Positions 7,001-11,959 of a stretch of 18,127 nucleotides of DNA are shown in pieces. The position numbers were made by a program, and so were the translations under genes. This DNA is from a virus. Its lineage: Duplodnaviria > Heunggongvirae > Uroviricota > Caudoviricetes. Within the stretch, counting starts at the first letter, position 1, and the number at the start of each line of letters is the position of its first letter. The notes beneath the pieces are model-generated. The model did not search any database and had not been told where the DNA came from. It was given only the letters and a program-made list of their open reading frames with translations. The DNA lies in the IMG/VR virus record IMGVR_UViG_3300043464_001836, positions 96,002 to 114,128 of that record. The stretch is one strand, 5' to 3'.

Positions 7001-7382
7001 TACGCTACTCAGTAATGACTCTAGACTTAATAACCTAGATGCTACTATTAGTTCCAGAGCTACTGTAAGCGGTATTGAGAGCTCTACTGTACTAGCAAAA
7101 GAAACCACAGTAGCTGCAATTCCTACTACTACACTGCTAAGTAGCGACTCTAGACTTAATAACCTAGATGCTAATATTAGTTCTATATTAGCTACAGATA
7201 TTGAAAGTGGTTTAACCTTGGGGGATATGTCCAAGATTATACTAGCAGCAGTAGTAGGCAAGACTGCTGGAGTAGGTTCTAGTACAGAAACTTACTTAGC
7301 CCAAGATGGTACTACTCAGCGTATAGTAGTAGGTTTTGATTCTGATAACAATAGAACTTCGGTAACTTTAGATGCGCAGTAA
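4065..7382 (+). CDS. Large virion-appendage (fibre/spike-like) protein, 1105 aa, multi-domain
   Basis: T/S/G-rich and beta-rich. It has an N-terminal SGTASSGT..TLTDTSKS...I.TGTG.G phage module, a beta-helix-like segment (SRCNITNG...FDDVTIY...VLKNCNLIDN), a transthyretin/carboxypeptidase-regulatory-like segment (PIAGVKVYATNASGTEVVNTITDAYG...FRKYGY), four 43-aa repeats and a 65-aa C-terminal module (ESGLTLGDMSKIILAAVVGK...RIVVGFDSDNNRTSVTLD) that I recognise from phage structural proteins. The function is inferred. Confidence 0.75.
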   Translation: MALTITRTILSGAIYKIVLLGFVESGTASSGTLTTLTDTSKSRTVNADIGRCIFIHTGTGTGAVGWVSSNTATVWTVEAFYLPDFQGGVTKITPDNTSQYGLLGTDADIYAASVAGGWGAVTLTGNTYYFSDCLYIGDGTNKTGIQFTNNAQFGIYGTPRAFASAANTAVVLGRRTKTKSTRNGVILLEYCTRADSSAGGYGANFGAQWDDLAGYVYVYGSTLKSKLHNVPVPNTQSAAFYLPYKFDFLQSNVDSDGFALFSTILGSFSRCNITNGQGLPLPLWLYSPNVTFDDVTIYASYQGLRIAYNYDGVLKNCNLIDNTYPVHLYGAVNDSSKFSGLLRLINTQADLTAILVDTYVTGSIQKEYEWGLNANNGTNPIAGVKVYATNASGTEVVNTITDAYGNIPTQSIIVQKRTGYAGSLVNHAPHTYGFRKYGYFSDGATKTLTSKTDDGVKLRVNPYVVASEATAAAMTGITVTSSATSLSSSHSLQDIYDRGQYLSQQSFITEPWTTSDGITFVQSTGRVFTPGSYIDWGTSRLVGGTVTFGTPGPFSPRIGTITVRFTAAGTYAMTDADFGGIVTFTNTSGGAVTVELPAGISYVNTGPSVTIVEPQTYQSVTLTGGITGSRVQLYDLTSSTEVYNAIPSSWPFTWTDSVPYIADRQIRLRVMSQPGTTATLLIDQVIGTATGTSPAISFLVGQVVDTVYNTNAIVGSTVTGVEIIDGTLRVQVSTGTITWQELYAYETYWLFTEEGIRDEGRFAFAPDPSNYKWYDFKLKNTISPSAPLVVSGGYGVDGDTGTSIAMIDTTGGTIIMAVDHVVNNIVTVGGSNIITGDIAEVTSKVQAGLTAQGYTVTKAGYLDATISSRATISGIETSAVLAKEATVATIPTSTLLSTDIRLNNLDTTISSRATVSGIESSTVLAKEATVASIPTSTLLSTDARLNNLDTTISSRATVSGIESSTVLAKEATVASIPTATLLSNDSRLNNLDATISSRATVSGIESSTVLAKETTVAAIPTTTLLSSDSRLNNLDANISSILATDIESGLTLGDMSKIILAAVVGKTAGVGSSTETYLAQDGTTQRIVVGFDSDNNRTSVTLDAQ
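6648..7184 (+). repeat. In-frame tandem repeat, 129 nt / 43 aa, 4 full copies plus a partial fifth
   Basis: Units start at 6648, 6777, 6906, 7035 and 7164 (partial). Consensus is LD(A/T)TISSRATVSGIESSTVLAKEATVASIPTSTLLSxDxRLNN. Confidence 0.97.
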
Positions 7383-7426
7383 ACTGTTTAGCTCAAGGAT
7401 ATTCAGAACTAAACTATTTTATACTA

Positions 7427-7458
7427 AGATAGTGGAGTTGCTTACTACTCCACTATCT
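7427..7458. repeat. 12-bp perfect inverted repeat in the intergenic gap after the fibre-like gene
   Basis: AGATAGTGGAGT-TGCTTACT-ACTCCACTATCT, with no U-tract on either strand. Confidence 0.85.
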
Positions 7459-7484
7459 AGAATAATTAAAGTTAGGAGATTTTA

Positions 7485-7598
7485 ATGTATAGAGTAATAC
7501 CTATTCAAAAAGAAAATAGACTAGTACCTATAAGTAAAGAAATTAGACTTATAACAGTGCATAAAGACACAAGAGTAGTTCCAGTTACACAAGGATAG
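7485..7598 (+). CDS. 37-aa peptide made of four 9-residue repeats (not in the ORF track)
   Basis: Strong SD AGGAG at 7474-7478 and ATG 7485. Sequence: MY-RVIPIQKEN-RLVPISKEI-RLITVHKDT-RVVPVTQG, TAG at 7596-7598. It fills the gap exactly, and its last codons contain the AAGGA SD of the next gene. Confidence 0.8.
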   Translation: MYRVIPIQKENRLVPISKEIRLITVHKDTRVVPVTQG

Positions 7599-7601
7599 TA
7601 C

Positions 7602-7907
7602 ATGAAATTCAAGAAAGACCCAAATGCTGTACTAGACTACTTAGTAGACTTCAAAGCTAAGACTAATAGTACGGGGGCAGAAGACTATTTACAGACTAGT
7701 GAAACTATTACTTCTGCTACTGTAGTAAGTTCGGCGCCTACAGACTTAGTAGTTGATAGTAGTACAGTAATTACTAATAATACATGCGTACTAATTTGGT
7801 TGTCTGGTGGAACACTAAATAATACGTACTCAATTAGAGTACGTATTGTAACCAGTCTAAACCGCACAGATGATAGAACTTTTCAAATACAGGTGGTAGA
7901 ACGATGA
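7602..7907 (+). CDS. Small phage structural beta-sandwich/adaptor-type protein (KDPxxxLDY family), 101 aa
   Basis: Motifs KDPNAVLDYLVDF, ETITSA, VLIWLSGGT..NTYSI..RIVTS..RTDDRTFQIQV match a widespread phage family encoded near head genes (recalled as Gp77-like/fibre adaptor; needs HMM confirmation). SD AAGGA at 7591-7595. Confidence 0.7.
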   Translation: MKFKKDPNAVLDYLVDFKAKTNSTGAEDYLQTSETITSATVVSSAPTDLVVDSSTVITNNTCVLIWLSGGTLNNTYSIRVRIVTSLNRTDDRTFQIQVVER

Positions 7908-8455
7908 GCTTACTGTTTGATCTAGATGAGTACAAGCTAGCCTCAGGAATTGTCAGCACAGATAAGGATGATAAACTAGAAGCTCTAGCAGCCAGCGTTA
8001 GTACTTTAGTAAAGTCATATTGTGCTAGGACTTTTGTTGACTACTTCACAACAGATAAAACCGAGTACTATAATGGTGGTAATACCACTTACGCACCAGA
8101 AGAGTTCCCTATAGTATCAATTACTTCTGCAGCTTATTCCAGTGATTATGGCCAGACATATACACCATTAGTAGTATATACAGACTATGTATTAGATAAC
8201 TCAAAAGATGTTATTATACTATTTAATGCTGATACTGTAGACTCACCAAATGCTTATAAATTAGTATATAAAGCGGGGTATAGCACTGTACCAGCGGACC
8301 TAAAATTAGCGTTATACGACTTAATGGATTATTATCTTAAGAAAGAGGCTACACCTAGAAAGAGTTCTGGTAGCGTATCTATTGAATATATTACTAACTC
8401 TGACTTCCCACCGCATATTAAGCGTATTCTAGACTTATATAGAGCTATACGATGA
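7904..8455 (+). CDS. Head completion / head-tail connector protein (T5 p144-like, HK97 gp6/SPP1 gp15 class)
   Basis: YKAGYSTVPADLKLALYDLMDYY and the C-terminal FPPHIKRILDLYR resemble T5 p144 (PEDLKLAA...IPEHIRTIIEVYR). Confidence 0.88.
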   Translation: MSLLFDLDEYKLASGIVSTDKDDKLEALAASVSTLVKSYCARTFVDYFTTDKTEYYNGGNTTYAPEEFPIVSITSAAYSSDYGQTYTPLVVYTDYVLDNSKDVIILFNADTVDSPNAYKLVYKAGYSTVPADLKLALYDLMDYYLKKEATPRKSSGSVSIEYITNSDFPPHIKRILDLYRAIR

Positions 8456-9225
8456 CACTAGAAGAGCTACAGAAACAAGTAGACGCTCTTTTATATAGGG
8501 AGTTCTTGCGTAGTGGTATATCTCTGGAAACTACGATAGCTTTTGTAAAGAACTCCAAGTATAATTTAGGAGACTTGTTAGTTAGTATAGACGTAAATGA
8601 GGAAACTCCTGAAATCTCTGTAAAAAGAATAGTTGATAAGGTTCTTGAAAACATAGCTGATATTAAAACAAAAAAGAGCTTAAGGCAAGAAGTAGTAGAT
8701 AACTTAACAAACGTAATATTACGAGGTAAGCCAGTAACATCTACTGTTGGCGTTAAGCAACTTAAATCCTCTAGCGGTAAGTTTCAGAGTATAGACCAAT
8801 ATGTTGCTGAACATAAAGCTTTAAAAGACCTAAAAGGTAGATACACTACAAAAGCTAAGTTCGCAGAAGAGCAGAAGAATACACCTCTTAAAGACTTAAA
8901 AGGTAGGTTTGCTTCTGTGTCTAAGTTAGGTGCTTTAATCCAGACAGCCTTACATGGAAGTATACAAAAAAATATGTACCCACCTAGGTTACAGTATAGG
9001 TCTGGTAGGTTTGCACATAATGTAAGGTTAACAGCTCTGCAGTATGATAATAAGGAAGTCCAGTTAACTGCTTACTTAACTTATATGAAGTATCCTTACC
9101 AAACGTTCCAGCCAGGGTATAAGCAAGGTACTCCCGATCGAGACCCTAGAAGTCTAATTGATAAGTCTGTAAGAGATATAGCTATTAATCTTACAAAAGC
9201 TAGAATGAAAGTAGTGCATGTATAA
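8452..9225 (+). CDS. Tail completion / neck protein (T5 p143-like)
   Basis: GRFAS..., LQYRSGRFAHNV, YMKYPYQTFQPG and RDPRSLIDKSVRDIA parallel the recalled T5 p143 motifs. The size (257 aa) and position also fit. Confidence 0.85.
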   Translation: MTLEELQKQVDALLYREFLRSGISLETTIAFVKNSKYNLGDLLVSIDVNEETPEISVKRIVDKVLENIADIKTKKSLRQEVVDNLTNVILRGKPVTSTVGVKQLKSSSGKFQSIDQYVAEHKALKDLKGRYTTKAKFAEEQKNTPLKDLKGRFASVSKLGALIQTALHGSIQKNMYPPRLQYRSGRFAHNVRLTALQYDNKEVQLTAYLTYMKYPYQTFQPGYKQGTPDRDPRSLIDKSVRDIAINLTKARMKVVHV

Positions 9226-9236
9226 AGAAAATATAC

Positions 9237-9265
9237 TTGATTTTATTTTTAGTCTATCGTATAAT
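9237..9265 (+). promoter_or_regulatory. Sigma70-type promoter for the tail genes
   Basis: TTGATT (9237-9242), 17 nt spacer, TATAAT (9260-9265), with an A/T-rich UP-like stretch at 9221-9236. It sits in the 84-nt intergenic gap. T5-like phages use host sigma70 promoters. Confidence 0.85.
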
Positions 9266-9309
9266 GGCTATAGAATTTAAAAATCGCACACAGTATTTAA
9301 GAGGCCCTT

Positions 9310-9741
9310 ATGTCATCAAGAAGTTCAATTGCTAAGGTGCTGGCTGAAAAGCTAGCATTAATAAATGGGTCTAGTCCTTATAACTCTCTAGTTCATTCCG
9401 CTAATATATCTACAAAACTAAAATTCTGGGATGAAGTAAACGACTGGCCCTACATTTGTGTAGTACCGGGATCCGAAACTAGAGAGTATCTACCTGGGGA
9501 CTTTAAGTGGGGGCACCTCACTGTTACACTAAAAGTGTACGTACAAGAGGAAGACCCTCTAGAAAAATTAGAACTTCTATTAGAAGATGTGGAGACAGTA
9601 ATTACTCTTAATGAAGTACTTGAGTACACTCCGGGCAAGCATACTACAGAAATTCTAATAACCAGTATCACAACCGACGAAGGACTACTGGCCCCATATG
9701 GTGTGGGTGAAATTGTTCTTCAAGTTAGGTACGAGGTATAG
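9310..9741 (+). CDS. Tail tube terminator protein (T5 p142-like)
   Basis: RSSIAKVLAE, WPYICVVPGSETREYLP and ITSITTDEGLLAPYGVGEI match the T5 p142 motif TDEGLLAPYG. SD GAGG at 9301-9304. Confidence 0.92.
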   Translation: MSSRSSIAKVLAEKLALINGSSPYNSLVHSANISTKLKFWDEVNDWPYICVVPGSETREYLPGDFKWGHLTVTLKVYVQEEDPLEKLELLLEDVETVITLNEVLEYTPGKHTTEILITSITTDEGLLAPYGVGEIVLQVRYEV

Positions 9742-9795
9742 CACAATAAATAATAAAGATTATTTAAGCTGTAAAACCTCGACGAGGAGAAATAT

Positions 9796-11139
9796 ATGGC
9801 AGTAAATTTAAGTAGAAATACTAAAGTATTCATCAGCACTAATACTACTGATACGCTTGGAGACTTTACTCCTTCCAATACCTTTGAAATTCAGGTTATG
9901 GATGGGTATACCTTCAATCAGAATACTGAACAACAAACAATTACACTATCTGAAGCAGGAACTGCTCCTGTTCGTGGTGAGCGTTCTTTTAATAGTAAAC
10001 TAAACCCCGTAGAATGGAGTCTAAGCACCTATATTAGACCTTACCTAGCTTCTGGCGTTGTAACTGCTCCTGAGAAGTTCCTTTGGAACGCTCTAATGGG
10101 TTCCGCAGCTATTGATGCTACTGGTGTTGCGTTAAGTGCGGGTCAGCGTAATAGCGCTACGGAAGCTCAAGTAACTACTAGTGCGCAGCTATTTGCAGAT
10201 GCAGCAGACGCTGTAGGTCAGATGATTACTATTCGGGGTATCGCTGGCAATACTGCTTATAATGCAGAATTTAAAGTTACTAGCGTTACAGGTACTACTA
10301 CTCAAGTTGTGAAATTTGAGACTGATACAGACCTAACCTCTACTGCACCTACCTTTGCTGGTACACCTAAAGCCTTCAAAGGTCAGTGGCGAGAAGATGC
10401 CAGTAAGGCTATTACTAGTACTATTGGTTCTAATAGAAACTCTCTACAGTCATTTACTCTACTATTCAAGGTAGATAACACGATGTATAAAGTAGCTAGC
10501 TGTGCTGTAAACCAAGCTGATATCCAATTTGATATTACAGGTATTGCTATGATTGCGTGGTCTGGTTTTGGTACTACTCTAAGTACCCCTAGCCTTACAT
10601 TCGTTGCTGGTACTCATTATACAGCTTTCCCTTCAGCAGCAGATAACTATATCACAAACAAACTAAGTACTACTACGCTAGTATCTAATATTAGTGGTAC
10701 AGCAGGTACAACTTATACAGTACCTATTACTGGGGGTAACCTAACAATTAGTAATAATATTGAGTACCTAACTCCAGAGAATATGGGCGTAGTAAACAAC
10801 GCTATTGGTTACTTTACAGGTAACCGCTCTATTACTGGTGCTCTAAATGCTTACCTCAAAACGGGCAGCAACGAGTCTTCGACTCTACTTGCCGATATCG
10901 TAGCAGGTCTAGCAACCACCTCTGAAACCAAGTTCAAACTACAAATCGAAATTGGCGGTGCAGCTAGCGCAACTCGTGTTGAATGCCTAATGAATGGCTG
11001 TCAGCTACAAGTACCTACTGTAGATATTCAGGACGTTGTATCAACTGTTATCAACTTCACTGCTCAGGGCTACAATGGCACTGATTATGAAATTAGTAAG
11101 ACAAATAACCTAGTAGTTTCTTACTACGGGGTAGCGTAA
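9796..11139 (+). CDS. Major tail tube protein (T5 pb6-like), 447 aa
   Basis: LSRNTKVFIST, EAGTAPVRGERSFNSKLNPVEWSLSTYIRPY, YITNKL, VPITGGNLTISNNIEYLTP and IGYFTG.RSITGALNAYL match pb6. SD GAGGAG at 9784-9789. Confidence 0.95.
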   Translation: MAVNLSRNTKVFISTNTTDTLGDFTPSNTFEIQVMDGYTFNQNTEQQTITLSEAGTAPVRGERSFNSKLNPVEWSLSTYIRPYLASGVVTAPEKFLWNALMGSAAIDATGVALSAGQRNSATEAQVTTSAQLFADAADAVGQMITIRGIAGNTAYNAEFKVTSVTGTTTQVVKFETDTDLTSTAPTFAGTPKAFKGQWREDASKAITSTIGSNRNSLQSFTLLFKVDNTMYKVASCAVNQADIQFDITGIAMIAWSGFGTTLSTPSLTFVAGTHYTAFPSAADNYITNKLSTTTLVSNISGTAGTTYTVPITGGNLTISNNIEYLTPENMGVVNNAIGYFTGNRSITGALNAYLKTGSNESSTLLADIVAGLATTSETKFKLQIEIGGAASATRVECLMNGCQLQVPTVDIQDVVSTVINFTAQGYNGTDYEISKTNNLVVSYYGVA

Positions 11140-11145
11140 TAAAAG

Positions 11146-11168
11146 AAGGAGGGCTTAGCGCCCTCCTT
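11146..11168 (+). terminator. Stem-loop after the tail tube gene, probably a leaky terminator or mRNA stabiliser
   Basis: AAGGAGGGC-TTAGC-GCCCTCCTT (9 bp) followed by only a short U-run. There is an A-run upstream. Confidence 0.65.
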
Positions 11169-11187
11169 AACTGGAGAAACCTAATAA

Positions 11188-11613
11188 ATGTCAGTAGTTT
11201 CACTACAATCCCTATTAACCTCCTCTAAAACAGTAGAGGTAGACTACAGTTCTGAGAAGCCAGGGTTCAAGGTTAAAGTGGCTTTCCTTTCTAGAGAAGA
11301 ACTACTAAAGCTACGTAAGAGCTGCGTTACCACGAAGTTTGATAAGAGAACTCGCCAGCCAGTAGAAGAATTGAATGAAGACCTATTTACTAAGGCGTAT
11401 GTATCAGCAGTAGTTAAAGGTTGGTCAGGACTAAAACTAAAATACCTAGAAGATATGTGCCTAGTAGACCTAGATGCACATAAAGACCTAGATGTTGAGC
11501 TAGAGTTTAATGAAGACAACGCTCTTTACCTTATGAAGAATTCTGTTGAATTCGATGGCTTTATTACTGATATTACTAGTGATTTAGCTAACTTTCGTAA
11601 GTTCACAGTTTGA
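11188..11613 (+). CDS. Tail assembly chaperone, N part (lambda gpG analogue; T5-like)
   Basis: It lies between the tube and tape measure genes. FKVKVAFLSREELLKLRKSC, VKGWSGL and the C-terminal DLANF are typical of this chaperone class. SD GGAG upstream. Confidence 0.85.
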   Translation: MSVVSLQSLLTSSKTVEVDYSSEKPGFKVKVAFLSREELLKLRKSCVTTKFDKRTRQPVEELNEDLFTKAYVSAVVKGWSGLKLKYLEDMCLVDLDAHKDLDVELEFNEDNALYLMKNSVEFDGFITDITSDLANFRKFTV

Positions 11614-11956
11614 ACAGCTAGCAGAACAAATTAAGAATTTTAGTCAAAATAGGTACGCTAACATGAGTAGAGATACCTATTTTGATATGTGTGAACAGCT
11701 TGGAAACGACCCAGTAGAGTCCGAAATACCTATAGAGCTAGAGGACTTACCTATAGAAGCACAGGAAGCGTGGAAAGTATACTCTTATCTACCAGATAGA
11801 GTAGATAGTTTCAACGGTGTGTATCACGGCAAGTCTATAGAAAACGTAGCTAATTTAATGAACCTATTTGGAATAGATGACAAGCAAACTTACTTATTAA
11901 TAATAACACTATTTGATAAGTACGAAACAGAAGAAATAAAGAGAAAGAAGAGGTAA
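11588..11956 (+). CDS. Tail assembly chaperone, C part (gpT analogue); frame open from 11588, first ATG at 11663
   Basis: The frame is open for 25 codons before the ATG (LTFVSSQFEQLAEQIKNFSQNRYAN) and overlaps the end of the upstream ORF in the +1 frame. YFDMCEQLG..P.E.EIP.ELEDLP.E.Q is T5-chaperone-like. Confidence 0.8.
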   Translation, partial: LTFVSSQFEQLAEQIKNFSQNRYANMSRDTYFDMCEQLGNDPVESEIPIELEDLPIEAQEAWKVYSYLPDRVDSFNGVYHGKSIENVANLMNLFGIDDKQTYLLIITLFDKYETEEIKRKKR

Positions 11957-11959
11957 CCT

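Noticed and set aside
6648-7184. Repeat array as CRISPR or as a diversity-generating retroelement template/variable pair
   Set aside because: The units are contiguous, in frame and lack unique spacers. Differences are not adenine-specific and there is no reverse transcriptase or cas gene in the window.
6644-7261. 205-aa minus-strand ORF with repeats
   Set aside because: It is the antisense shadow of the 129-nt array. Thr/Ser/Ala codon bias on the + strand leaves this frame stop-free, and there is no supporting RBS or context.
9777-9787. CCTC-GAC-GAGG hairpin over the tail tube Shine-Dalgarno
   Set aside because: Four base pairs with a 3-nt loop is too weak to claim regulation.
11581-11613. 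Classical -1 slippery heptamer for the chaperone pair
   Set aside because: None is present, the -1 frame is closed by stops at 11598 and 11619, and the second ORF is in the +1 frame.
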